Positions 27,670-37,013 of a stretch of 40,112 nt of DNA are shown piece after piece; positions within the stretch are counted from its first letter, which is position 1; the number at the start of each line of letters is the position of its first letter. A model generated the notes under the pieces. The model saw nothing but the letters and a program-made list of their open reading frames with translations. It had not been told where the DNA came from and did no database searches. Origin of the DNA: a virus. Taxonomy: Duplodnaviria > Caudoviricetes. The DNA is taken from the IMG/VR virus record IMGVR_UViG_3300020314_000002, positions 1-40,112 of that record; one strand, given 5' to 3'. The position numbers and the translations under genes were made by a program.

Positions 27670-27924
27670 ATGAGTGATGAAGAAATAACTAGAGGTCATA
27701 AAGCAAAACAGTTGCTTGATGAACCTTTGCTAAAAGAGGCTTTTGAAAAACTAGAGGCTCTTTATAAAGATGAAATATTTTTAACTAAAGTTGATGAAGT
27801 CGCTGAACGCACAAACATCTATTTATGTTATAACACTTTGACAACTGTAAAAGCACACCTGCAAGAGATAATGCAGACTGGTGAATTAGCAGAACAAAGT
27901 AAACAAGCACCCAAAGTATTCTAG
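27670..27924 (+). CDS. Conserved head-region protein
   Basis: 'RGHKAKQLLDEPLLKEAF...TGELA'; between portal and scaffold. Confidence 0.75.
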   Translation: MSDEEITRGHKAKQLLDEPLLKEAFEKLEALYKDEIFLTKVDEVAERTNIYLCYNTLTTVKAHLQEIMQTGELAEQSKQAPKVF

Positions 27925-27991
27925 GTCAACCCATTAGGGAACTGAGGAATCTAGCAAACACTAATGTTTGTTAGCATACGAAAGGACTATC

Positions 27992-29008
27992 ATGGAAAAT
28001 GATGGCTCATTAGAAAGCACTGCAAACGAGATTGTAGGCCTATTAAATCAAAGTGGAGTTGCAAACAACGAACTTGACAAGATAGGTGAAACACCTCAAG
28101 TGCAAAACTCTGAACAACAGGTCGCAGAGGCAGAACAAGAACAACCAAACACTGGACAACCGAATGACTCGGATTTAGCAGTAGTTGATGAAAGTCTTGC
28201 TGAAAGTGAACAGTTATCTGATGTTGAACAGACAGAACAACCTACGCAAGAAACATCTGAACAAGAACCAGAACCAACTTATACAGTCAAGGTTCAAGGT
28301 CAAGAATATGATGTCAGTCTTGATGAATTAAAGGCAGGTTATAGTAGAGATAACGATTATAGAATTAAGACTGAAACACTAGCGATTGAAAGAAATCAGT
28401 TCAAAGAAGAACAAGCTAAACAACAAGAAGTCTTATCTGAAAAATTGGCACAACTAGAACAAATGCAACAATACGCAAGACAACAACTGCAAATTGACGC
28501 AAAAGGTTTAGACGAGTTAATGCAATCTGACCCAGTTGAGGGTATGCGAAAGCGACACGAACTGGAAACGAGGGCAAGACAAATACATCAACAAAATGCT
28601 TACATTGAACAACAAAAAAATGATGAGCATAAAAAGTTCATACAAGAAGAACAAAAAAAAATGTATTTATCAATCCCAGAGTTAAAGAACCCAGAGACTC
28701 GTGATGGTTTTAACAAAGACTTAGTAAATTATTTGCAAGAATTAGATTTCTCGCAAGATGAAATAAGTCAAGTGAACGACCATAGGTATGTCAAGTTAAT
28801 TGCTGATGGCATGAAATATAGAGCCTTACAAAAACGTAAGCCTCAACTGAAACAAAAAGTTGCAGGTGCAACACCAGTATTAAAAGGTGGTGTTGTTGCG
28901 AGTAAAGAAACTAAAAATGCTAAAGCAAAACAAGATAAGATGGCAAGGTTTAAAAAGACTGGTTCTATCGAAGACGCAACTGACATTTTAAAAGGCTTGT
29001 TTGAGTAA
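27992..29008 (+). CDS. Scaffolding protein
   Basis: Acidic N-terminus, 'YTVKVQGQEYDVSLDELKAGYSRDNDY..KT', coiled coil; ATG at 27992 after AAAGGA. Confidence 0.88.
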   Translation: MENDGSLESTANEIVGLLNQSGVANNELDKIGETPQVQNSEQQVAEAEQEQPNTGQPNDSDLAVVDESLAESEQLSDVEQTEQPTQETSEQEPEPTYTVKVQGQEYDVSLDELKAGYSRDNDYRIKTETLAIERNQFKEEQAKQQEVLSEKLAQLEQMQQYARQQLQIDAKGLDELMQSDPVEGMRKRHELETRARQIHQQNAYIEQQKNDEHKKFIQEEQKKMYLSIPELKNPETRDGFNKDLVNYLQELDFSQDEISQVNDHRYVKLIADGMKYRALQKRKPQLKQKVAGATPVLKGGVVASKETKNAKAKQDKMARFKKTGSIEDATDILKGLFE

Positions 29009-29050
29009 TAATTCTTTTTTTTAAACTTAATAAAGAGAGGAATAACCGAC

Positions 29051-30010
29051 ATGGCTATAACTACAAATGCTGTCAATACGTTCCAAATTAATGCAGGTTT
29101 AAAAGACGATTTATCAGAGACTATCTCTAACATATCGCCTTTTGATACCCCATTTTTGAGTTCATTGGCAAAATCAAAAGCTACTTCTACTAAAATGGAA
29201 TGGCTAAAAGACGCACTGGATTCACCAGTTGCAACAAACAAACAGTTAGAGGGTGAGAATTACACTGCTACTGCACAAACTGACATGACAAGACTTGACA
29301 ATATGTGTCAAATCTCTGCAAAGGCTTTTGCTGTATCTGGTACGCAAGACGCAACAGACCATGCAGGAATGTCAACGTACAGTGCTTACGTTCTAGCAAA
29401 ATCTGGTAAGGCTTTAAGAACTGACCAAGAAACATCTTTGTTTCAAAATGGTGCTAAAGCTACTGGAAACACTACAACTGCAAGAGCATTAGCAGGAGTC
29501 AATTCTTGGATTTCTACTAATACATCTAAAGGTACTGGTGGTGCTGACGCAAACGGAACTGGCGCAAATGCTAGAACTGACGCAAGTACATCTAACAGAC
29601 GTGCCTTAACAGAGGATATGCTTAAAGCAGTAGTAAAATCTGTATGGGATAATGGTGGTGACGCAACAAAAATTTATTGTGGCTCATTCAACAAGCAAAA
29701 AATCTCATCAGCATTTACTGGTGGTGCAACAATCCAAGCAGACGCAAAAGATAAGACTCTACATACATCAATTTCAGTTTATGAAAGTGATTTTGGGTCT
29801 TTATCTATTACACCTGCAAGACACATGAGAACTAGAGACTTATTAGTTCTTGACCCATCTTTATGGGGTCTTGGAGTGCTTAGAGATTATGCAGTCGATA
29901 AGCTCGCAAAAATTTCAGACAGTACAAGCTACTTATTAACAACTGAGTACACACTAATGTGTAAAAACCCAGTTGGTAATGGTGGAGTGTTTGATTTAAC
30001 AGACGCATAA
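29051..30010 (+). CDS. Major capsid protein (SU10/DUF5309-like)
   Basis: 'DDLSETISNISPFDTPF...EWLKD.L...EG...NMCQI...VSGT...YESDFG'. Confidence 0.92.
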   Translation: MAITTNAVNTFQINAGLKDDLSETISNISPFDTPFLSSLAKSKATSTKMEWLKDALDSPVATNKQLEGENYTATAQTDMTRLDNMCQISAKAFAVSGTQDATDHAGMSTYSAYVLAKSGKALRTDQETSLFQNGAKATGNTTTARALAGVNSWISTNTSKGTGGADANGTGANARTDASTSNRRALTEDMLKAVVKSVWDNGGDATKIYCGSFNKQKISSAFTGGATIQADAKDKTLHTSISVYESDFGSLSITPARHMRTRDLLVLDPSLWGLGVLRDYAVDKLAKISDSTSYLLTTEYTLMCKNPVGNGGVFDLTDA

Positions 30011-30016
30011 ACAATA

Positions 30017-30051
30017 ATAGTGGGGTGGCTTATAGCCACCCTGCTATCTTT
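30017..30051 (+). terminator. Hairpin after the capsid gene (probably a leaky terminator)
   Basis: ATAGTGGGGTGGCT-TAT-AGCCACCCTGCTAT (14 bp, 2 G-U), short CTTT tail. Confidence 0.7.
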
Positions 30052-30067
30052 AGGAATTTTAAATTTT

Positions 30068-30337
30068 ATGGAATATAGAGATAAAAAAACTGACAAAATG
30101 TCAACGTCAGCAACATCATCACAATCACCTGCGATTGCAGAGGGTATTATGGTAGTGCGTATTATAACTACTGTTGACTCACATTATGCAATAGGGGTCA
30201 ACCCAACTGCTACTGACTCTGACGCATTTATACCTGCAAAGACTGAGTTTTTTGTTGGAATATCATCTGGTGAGAAAGTTGCAGTTAGAACTGTAACTGG
30301 TGGTGGCACTGCTTTCATAACATCATTAACGAGGTAA
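30068..30337 (+). CDS. Capsid decoration-like protein A
   Basis: ATG at 30068 after AGGA; 'VRI...HYAIGVNPTAT...IPA....GEKVAV'. Confidence 0.65.
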   Translation: MEYRDKKTDKMSTSATSSQSPAIAEGIMVVRIITTVDSHYAIGVNPTATDSDAFIPAKTEFFVGISSGEKVAVRTVTGGGTAFITSLTR

Positions 30338-30342
30338 TTATT

Positions 30343-30636
30343 ATGGCAATAGGTGGCTATCCAACAGCATTTAAACTAGGCAATACTAGAACTGTATCAG
30401 TAGGTTCAAGTTCAGCACAATCATCAGCATTAGATAACAATATGTGTTATTACAGAGTGATTTCATCATGTGATGTTCATATTGAAATAGGTGAGAACCC
30501 TACTGCAACAACTGGTAGTGCATTGTTACCTGCATATACGATTGAATATTTTTACATACCAGAGAGTATGAAAATTGCAGTGTTAAAATTTGCAACGCAA
30601 ACTGGCACTTGCTACATAACAGATTGTACTAGATAG
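30343..30636 (+). CDS. Capsid decoration-like protein B (paralogue of A)
   Basis: 'YRV...HIEIGENPTAT...LPA....KIAV'. Confidence 0.65.
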   Translation: MAIGGYPTAFKLGNTRTVSVGSSSAQSSALDNNMCYYRVISSCDVHIEIGENPTATTGSALLPAYTIEYFYIPESMKIAVLKFATQTGTCYITDCTR

Positions 30637-30846
30637 ATGTTAGGTGGCAGATTAACCCAACGTAAAAATGTACGTTCACCTGCAAGGTATAGAAGTAGAC
30701 GAGTAGATGTCAGTGGATTTAATTTGCAAGGTGATGATGGCTCTGGTGGTGGCTTTAACATTTTAATACAAGAAACTGGTGATAACGTAGTTTTAGAGTC
30801 TGGTCGTACTTATGAACTAGATACTGGTGAACCGATTGTATCGTAA
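30637..30846 (+). CDS. Small virion-associated protein
   Basis: Basic N-terminus plus 'NILIQETGDNVVLESG' anchoring-type motif. Confidence 0.55.
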   Translation: MLGGRLTQRKNVRSPARYRSRRVDVSGFNLQGDDGSGGGFNILIQETGDNVVLESGRTYELDTGEPIVS

Positions 30847-30977
30847 TGGCTCAAGATGGAATACACCTACCCTCTAAAAAATTTAGAGATAATTACTCAA
30901 GTATTTTTAGAAAAAAAACAACTAAGAAAAAAACTAAAGTAAAAAACAAATTGAAAGAGCAATGGTCAAATGTCTAA
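30846..30977 (+). CDS. Small basic protein (43 aa, not in ORF track)
   Basis: MAQDGIHLPSKKFRDNYSSIFRKK...; TAATG coupling. Confidence 0.55.
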   Translation: MAQDGIHLPSKKFRDNYSSIFRKKTTKKKTKVKNKLKEQWSNV

Positions 30978-31104
30978 ACGCAAGGCATTTAATTATTCTC
31001 AACATATTAGGATTGCAAAGAGAACATCAATAGGCAATCCAAACAAAACTAAATTAAAAACAAGTTCAATGAATAAACACAAAAGATTAAATAAAGGACT
31101 CTAA
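30970..31104 (+). CDS. Small basic protein (44 aa, not in ORF track)
   Basis: MSKRKAF...KRTSIGNPNKTKLKTSSMNKHKRLNKGL; abuts the fibre start. Confidence 0.6.
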   Translation: MSKRKAFNYSQHIRIAKRTSIGNPNKTKLKTSSMNKHKRLNKGL

Positions 31105-33285
31105 ATGGCAGATAAAAAAATTAGTCAGATGACTGCAATGACCTCTGGTCAAATTGCAAGTAACGACAACATAGTTATAGCTGACACGTCAGAAAATCAT
31201 ACTAAACGTGCAGAGATTTCTGAACTAGCAAGTTTCTTTGGTATAAACCCAGAGGGTCAACGTGATACAGTGGGTGCAATGTTTAATGCAGGTACACATA
31301 GTGGTGTGACTGTAACTTATGATGACCCCAACGATAATATCAGCATTGTACTAAATGGCAGTGTAACTGACGCAGAGTTAGGACACTTAAATGGTGTTAC
31401 CTCTGACATACAAACTCAATTTAATGGCAAAGCAGGTTTATCTAGCCCTGCATTTACTGGCAACCCAACTGCACCTACTCAGAGTGCAAATGACAATTCA
31501 ACAAAATTAGCAAATACACAATATGTTCAATCAGAATTAACTGCATACGCAAGTGATACTGCAACGTTTACAAATAAAAGTGGTGATATTTCTCAATGGA
31601 CTAATGATAGTGGTTATGTAACACCATCATCAACGTCAACTTTCACAAACAAATCTGGTTCTATATCTCAATGGACAAATAACAGTGGCTATATTACTGC
31701 AACCAGTTCTGATACATTAAATAACAAAACTATTTCTGGTTCTAACAACACAATAAGCAACGTGCCTTATTCAGCTATATCTGGTTTTGTTGATACCGAT
31801 ATTACAAGTGTTTCTGGTTCAGATGATACAGTGGCAAGTGCAAAAGCTATAAAAACTTACGTTGACTCACAAATTACTGGGATTAATGAACTGAGTGAGG
31901 CAACTGACGCAAATATTTCTAGTCCGTCAGCAGGACAAATCTTAGTTTATGATGGAACAAATAGTTGGGATAATCAAACAACAACAGTTGCATTAACTGG
32001 TGCTGTAACTGGAACTGCTAACATGAACGCAAGTGGTGATGTTTCTGTTGCAACAACTATTGCAAGTCCAACAATTACTATTAATGGTGTTGCGTGTACT
32101 TTAGGTTCATCTGCAACTATACCATCTGTATTATCTGGTGGTGGCACATTTACTGGTGAAGTACACCTTAACGATAATGTTAAATTATCTTTAGGTGGTG
32201 CAAGTGGTAGTGGCGATTTACAAATTTACCATGACACCAATCATTCTTATATTCAAGATACTGGAACTGGTTATTTAAGAATACTTGGTTCAGATATGAG
32301 AATATCTAACGCAGATAATACTAAAGATTATATAACAATGACTGATGGTGGTGCAGTAAAAATAGCCAATAATGGAATAGTCAAAGTCGAAACAAATGCT
32401 ACAGGAATTGATGTTAGTGGAAATATAATTTTAGATGGTACAGTAGATGGTAGAGATGTTGCAACTGATGGCACAAAACTTGATGGCATTAGTGCAGGTG
32501 CAGAGGTTAATGTTAATGCTGACTGGAACTCATCAAGTGGTGACAGTCAAATTCTAAACAAACCATCTCTATCAACTGTTGCTACATCTGGTTCTTATAA
32601 TGACTTGTCAAACAAACCAACTATTCCAACAAACAATAACCAATTAACTAATGGTGCAGGATATATTACATCTGCTACTGATAATACCAAACTACCACTA
32701 GCAGGTGGTACTTTGACTGGTGATTTAGCATTTGGTGATAGTATTCAAGCAAAGTTTGGAGCAAGTGAAGATTTAAAGATTTTCCATGATGGTAACCATT
32801 CATATATTCGTGATTCTGGTACTGGTGATTTAATAATAAGAGGAACGGAAGTTAGACTTAAATCAAATGTAGATAATGATGATATGATTACTTGCATTGA
32901 AAATGGTGCGACAAATCTTTTTTATAGTAATGCTAAGAAATTAGAAACTACAAGTGGTGGTATTTCTGTAACTGGTACAATAACAGCTTCATCAAACATA
33001 ACAGCTTATTCAAGTAAGAAATTAAAATCAGATATTGAAACAATAGACAATGCTTTAGACAAAGTATCTCAAATGCGAGGTGTTACATTTACAAAAGATA
33101 ACGAAAAAAGTTCTGGTGTAATTGCCGAAGAACTTGAAGAAGTTGCACCAGAGTTAGTTATTGATGGTGAATATAAATCTGTTGCTTATGGAAATATTGT
33201 TGGTTATCTCATTGAGGCAATCAAAGATTTAAAAAATGAAGTTGAGGAATTAAAAACAAAAAAACTTTGTAAGTGTGAGGATTAA
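31105..33285 (+). CDS. Long tail fibre with C-terminal intramolecular chaperone (peptidase S74)
   Basis: 'MADKKISQM' N-terminus; internal repeats (TFTNKSG.ISQWTN.SGY x2; DL.I.HD..HSYI.D.GTG.L x2); 'YSSKKLKSDI...GVIAEELEEVAPELV...AIKDL'. Confidence 0.9.
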   Translation: MADKKISQMTAMTSGQIASNDNIVIADTSENHTKRAEISELASFFGINPEGQRDTVGAMFNAGTHSGVTVTYDDPNDNISIVLNGSVTDAELGHLNGVTSDIQTQFNGKAGLSSPAFTGNPTAPTQSANDNSTKLANTQYVQSELTAYASDTATFTNKSGDISQWTNDSGYVTPSSTSTFTNKSGSISQWTNNSGYITATSSDTLNNKTISGSNNTISNVPYSAISGFVDTDITSVSGSDDTVASAKAIKTYVDSQITGINELSEATDANISSPSAGQILVYDGTNSWDNQTTTVALTGAVTGTANMNASGDVSVATTIASPTITINGVACTLGSSATIPSVLSGGGTFTGEVHLNDNVKLSLGGASGSGDLQIYHDTNHSYIQDTGTGYLRILGSDMRISNADNTKDYITMTDGGAVKIANNGIVKVETNATGIDVSGNIILDGTVDGRDVATDGTKLDGISAGAEVNVNADWNSSSGDSQILNKPSLSTVATSGSYNDLSNKPTIPTNNNQLTNGAGYITSATDNTKLPLAGGTLTGDLAFGDSIQAKFGASEDLKIFHDGNHSYIRDSGTGDLIIRGTEVRLKSNVDNDDMITCIENGATNLFYSNAKKLETTSGGISVTGTITASSNITAYSSKKLKSDIETIDNALDKVSQMRGVTFTKDNEKSSGVIAEELEEVAPELVIDGEYKSVAYGNIVGYLIEAIKDLKNEVEELKTKKLCKCED

Positions 33286-33288
33286 AAT

Positions 33289-33888
33289 ATGGCTTTGCAA
33301 ACATCTGGTGCAATATCTTTGTCTAATATCGCAGGGGAATTTGGTGGAAGTACACCCCACTCAATAAATGAATATTATAGAGGTGGTTCTAATGTTCCTA
33401 ATACAACAGTAAACAATTCAATACCGACAAGTGGTCAAATTCAATTTGATGATTTTTATGGTGGTGCGTCTGCAACTGCTGATAATAATTTTAGTTTTAC
33501 AGTCCAAACTTATACTGTAGGTAGTGGAAAAAATGTTTTTACTGTTCGAGGTGCAAATGGAAGTATGTCAGATGGTGCAGTCACTACAAATAATTTAAAC
33601 TCTTATACAATTACTGATTGTTCTATAAGCACACTCGGTCTAAGTGGTATAGAAGTAGATTTTAGTGGAAGTGGCAATGGATATAATATTTATACTACTG
33701 GTAATGTTAGAGGTATGACTGTTGGTGGTACTACCTATTCTTTTCTAGCACCAAGTTCTGGTGCTAACAGCTTAGTTTTAGAAAATACAACAGCAGGTGG
33801 TGGAACTGCCTTTGATTTAGCAACAGCACAAATAAATTATATGACATCACAAGTTGGTAATTCAGTTACTTTTACTCTTACATATTAA
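33289..33888 (+). CDS. gp38-like fibre-tip adhesin
   Basis: 'MALQTSGAISLSNIAGEFGG..PHSINEYY...IPTSGQIQFDDFYG' attachment domain directly after an S74 fibre. Confidence 0.75.
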   Translation: MALQTSGAISLSNIAGEFGGSTPHSINEYYRGGSNVPNTTVNNSIPTSGQIQFDDFYGGASATADNNFSFTVQTYTVGSGKNVFTVRGANGSMSDGAVTTNNLNSYTITDCSISTLGLSGIEVDFSGSGNGYNIYTTGNVRGMTVGGTTYSFLAPSSGANSLVLENTTAGGGTAFDLATAQINYMTSQVGNSVTFTLTY

Positions 33889-33889
33889 C

Positions 33890-34285
33890 ATGGAATATAA
33901 ATATAAAACTTACACTAAAGTTTATGAAAAAGATGTTTGTAAACACATAGAGAATGACGAAGAAAAAATAGAAGATTTAATGATTACTTATTGGACACCA
34001 TTAAATTTTGAGGGCGAGTCTTTTAATTATTTATTAAGAAATAATCATGTTGCTACAGTTCCAATGCACAATACGTTTTTTAAAACTGTAGAAAGAGAAT
34101 GGATTACTAATTTAGGATTTAGTGAACAATATTTTTTTGAAGAAATTTCTAAAGAAACAAAAGATGACGAGACAATTATTATTAATAACTTAGTCAAACT
34201 TGATTTAGGAAAAAAACAAGAAATAGATAGAGATACACTTATTAAAAAACATGATGAAGAAGAAACTGAGGTAACAGATATATAA
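33890..34285 (+). CDS. Hypothetical protein (post-adhesin island)
   Basis: ATG at 33890, 1 nt after the adhesin stop; acidic. Confidence 0.7.
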   Translation: MEYKYKTYTKVYEKDVCKHIENDEEKIEDLMITYWTPLNFEGESFNYLLRNNHVATVPMHNTFFKTVEREWITNLGFSEQYFFEEISKETKDDETIIINNLVKLDLGKKQEIDRDTLIKKHDEEETEVTDI

Positions 34286-34968
34286 TGAGATACGATTTTA
34301 ACGCAATTAAAAAACATTATTTTAATGAATCAGAAATTACAATAAATTCTGGTAATAAATTTGATTTAATACAACGAATTAATTTAAGTGATAATGTTGA
34401 TGGTGATAATTTAACTTACGATACACAAAGTTCTAAAATTTTTAAAACACCCAACAATTTAATATTGTTAAAAGGTTCTGTTGAATACAAACAATATTGG
34501 GATAATGATGGTGATATTACAACTGCTGATATAGATAGATATAAAGATTTAACAAGTAATGATAAAATACGTTCTGGTAATTATAATCAAACGTCAACAC
34601 CAGACGCAATCGCAAATAAAGAATTAATTACAACTTATAATTTTGGTGCTGATTATGATGAATTTAGCCCTAAAGCAAATGGTTGGGCATTAGCAACAAA
34701 AACCGACATCATGGCTAAAGAAGATGATACTAGGTTGTTTTGTTTTATATCTGATAAACCCTATGATTTAAAAATTATTGACATTAATGTTGGTGAAACA
34801 AAAACAATAAATAAATCTGATGGCGATAATTACCTTTTATTTTCTGCTGATTGTTCAATAGCAAGTTCTAACATAGAACAAAACGAATTAAGACAATTAA
34901 AAAGCATTTCAGTTTCAATAAAAAATGAAAGCGACATACCTGCAAGAATTATAAAATTAGTAATCTAA
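34285..34968 (+). CDS. Hypothetical beta-rich protein (possible cupin-like fold)
   Basis: 227 aa, TAATG coupled on both sides; alternating beta patterns. Confidence 0.65.
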   Translation: MRYDFNAIKKHYFNESEITINSGNKFDLIQRINLSDNVDGDNLTYDTQSSKIFKTPNNLILLKGSVEYKQYWDNDGDITTADIDRYKDLTSNDKIRSGNYNQTSTPDAIANKELITTYNFGADYDEFSPKANGWALATKTDIMAKEDDTRLFCFISDKPYDLKIIDINVGETKTINKSDGDNYLLFSADCSIASSNIEQNELRQLKSISVSIKNESDIPARIIKLVI

Positions 34969-35822
34969 TGTGGAATTTATATAAAATTGGAAAGTCATTA
35001 AATGACATTGTTCAGATATACAATAAATCTGAGGAACAAATGGAAGAAGATAAACTCGGTATTCCAGTCACAACATTATATAGAGAAATGCAATTTCCAT
35101 TTGGTTTGATGATGATGAATAAAGCTACTCAAACAACTTTAGGTCAAGATGTTGTATGGGGTAGAAAACACAACGATAAAGAGTACGTTGAAAAAACAGT
35201 TTTACCTAAGTTAATGGATATGGATTATTTATCATCTTTACCATCTAATACAGTCGGTGCAGAATATTATAAAATTGTACGCAATCTTGGACTTGAAGTT
35301 TTATACAACCAAAGATTTAAAGATGACGAAGTGAAATCTCGTCTTGATGTTGTAAGAACAAACTTATCACGTCATGTAGTAATTACACATGATATTTTAC
35401 ATACCTTGTTTAAATACAATACTCATGCTTTAGGTGAGGGTTTAATACAAGAAGTAACTGGACACCTTTTAGATTACAAACCATCACAAATAATTGGTTT
35501 TGTTGTTATGTTGTCAGTAGCAAAAAAAACTGGTGATTACAGAGGTGTTTGGAAAGTTTACAAAGAGTGTAAAGCAAATCTAAAAAAATGTAAAAAAGAA
35601 TTAGGAATACATAGCCCATTAGATTTTATAGAAAGTGATTTAGAAGAAGTTAGAAAAAAATTTAATATTGGTGAAGTGCCTATCTATGAGGCATTTGAAA
35701 AAAGATACCATAATCATTTAGCACCTTACTCATGCAGACAAATTGAAAAATGGGATTATTACAATGCGTGGCAACACCCACTACATAAAGATAAAAAAGA
35801 AGATAACATAAAACAAATATGA
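34968..35822 (+). CDS. Coq4-like metalloprotein
   Basis: 'YLSSLPSNTVGAEY' and an exact HDxxH-x11-E ('HDILHTLFKYNTHALGE'). Confidence 0.8.
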   Translation: MWNLYKIGKSLNDIVQIYNKSEEQMEEDKLGIPVTTLYREMQFPFGLMMMNKATQTTLGQDVVWGRKHNDKEYVEKTVLPKLMDMDYLSSLPSNTVGAEYYKIVRNLGLEVLYNQRFKDDEVKSRLDVVRTNLSRHVVITHDILHTLFKYNTHALGEGLIQEVTGHLLDYKPSQIIGFVVMLSVAKKTGDYRGVWKVYKECKANLKKCKKELGIHSPLDFIESDLEEVRKKFNIGEVPIYEAFEKRYHNHLAPYSCRQIEKWDYYNAWQHPLHKDKKEDNIKQI

Positions 35823-36028
35823 AATGGAATTTTCCTCTACTAAGAAAATTAATTAACTTTCACAAAAATTACGGATTAACTAATACAATTTTATTTGTAA
35901 TATTTGTATTCTTAGGAACTAAAATAATAATTATTAATGGGTTTATATATGTTGCCAATTTTCTATTTGGATTTGGTTGGAAATATGCACCTATTTTAGA
36001 TTACTTAAATTTTTTAGTTTATTTATGA
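35819..36028 (+). CDS. Small membrane protein
   Basis: 69 aa, long hydrophobic stretch; ATGA overlaps on both sides. Confidence 0.65.
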   Translation: MKWNFPLLRKLINFHKNYGLTNTILFVIFVFLGTKIIIINGFIYVANFLFGFGWKYAPILDYLNFLVYL

Positions 36029-36675
36029 TTGTTAAGGACAATGTTCTTAACTTAAATTACGATTTAACTGAACATTTAAGTTATAAAACTATGCCACAAT
36101 ATAATTACTGGTGTGGTTGGTGGAATGAAGAACCAAGAAATAAAGTTGAAGAAGTTATACAATTATTGTGGCAAGACTATATTGACCCAACTGAATACCC
36201 CAATGGTGGTTTTGAATATTGGTCTAGGGTTATAAACTCTGGTGGATTTTTAGAATGGCACCAAGATACTGGTGAGTATTATTATTTTAGTGATAATTAT
36301 TGGATTTCTGAACAAAGTTTACTTTATTACCCTAAAGTTTCTGCTGATTGTAAAGGTGGGTTTTTAGAAATTGCACCTTACAAAAATAGAAATGGATTAG
36401 AAGACTCACAAAAATCTGCAAGGTGTATTGACAATAACGAAATAGAAAGAATTAAAGCAGTAGAAAACAGAATGGTCTTAATTGACTCCGCACAATTACA
36501 TAGAGTATCAACTATATATCAAGGTACTCGATATAATTTAGCAACTGCATTGTGGAAAGTTACACCAGATTTTTTTAAAGAGCATGAAAACTGGAATTGT
36601 GGACATATAACTGACCTAAATAAACCTCAATTAAATTTACAAAAAGTAAATTGGGAATACAAAAATTATAAATAA
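36025..36675 (+). CDS. 2OG-Fe(II) oxygenase
   Basis: 'GFEYW...LEWHQD...GGFLEI...ENRMVLID...LHRV...RY'; HxD...H...R. Confidence 0.85.
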   Translation: MIVKDNVLNLNYDLTEHLSYKTMPQYNYWCGWWNEEPRNKVEEVIQLLWQDYIDPTEYPNGGFEYWSRVINSGGFLEWHQDTGEYYYFSDNYWISEQSLLYYPKVSADCKGGFLEIAPYKNRNGLEDSQKSARCIDNNEIERIKAVENRMVLIDSAQLHRVSTIYQGTRYNLATALWKVTPDFFKEHENWNCGHITDLNKPQLNLQKVNWEYKNYK

Positions 36676-36677
36676 AA

Positions 36678-37013
36678 ATGGCAAAGACATACGAACATAC
36701 GCATGATGGTGAAATGGGAACGATTGTTAAAGCAGATGAACAATCACAAACATTAATTGAACACAAATACCAAGATGTTGAAAACATCTTAAAACACAAT
36801 AAGGCACAAAGAAACGAATTTGGCAGAGGCTACAATAGAGATAAGTCTATGAGAGCCATTGCAGAAATACCAACTATCATTGCATACCAATGGTTGCAAG
36901 AAGATGGTTTTATGTTCACCAGTTTAGAGGGTGAAGAACAACACAAATATTTACAACGTAAATTAAATAACCCCCAGTGGGCATATTTAAGAACATCAGA
37001 GGGAACTTTTTAA
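36678..37013 (+). CDS. Conserved morphogenesis-region protein
   Basis: 'QDVENILKHNK...IAEIP...W...KLNNP...LRT'. Confidence 0.7.
   Translation: MAKTYEHTHDGEMGTIVKADEQSQTLIEHKYQDVENILKHNKAQRNEFGRGYNRDKSMRAIAEIPTIIAYQWLQEDGFMFTSLEGEEQHKYLQRKLNNPQWAYLRTSEGTF

Noticed and set aside
27461-27673. 70-aa plus-strand ORF in the track
   Set aside because: The alternative frame 27517-27666 has an ATG right after the portal stop and a recognisable motif
34968-35822. Bona fide ubiquinone biosynthesis pathway
   Set aside because: No other ubi/coq genes present; only the Coq4 motif is supported
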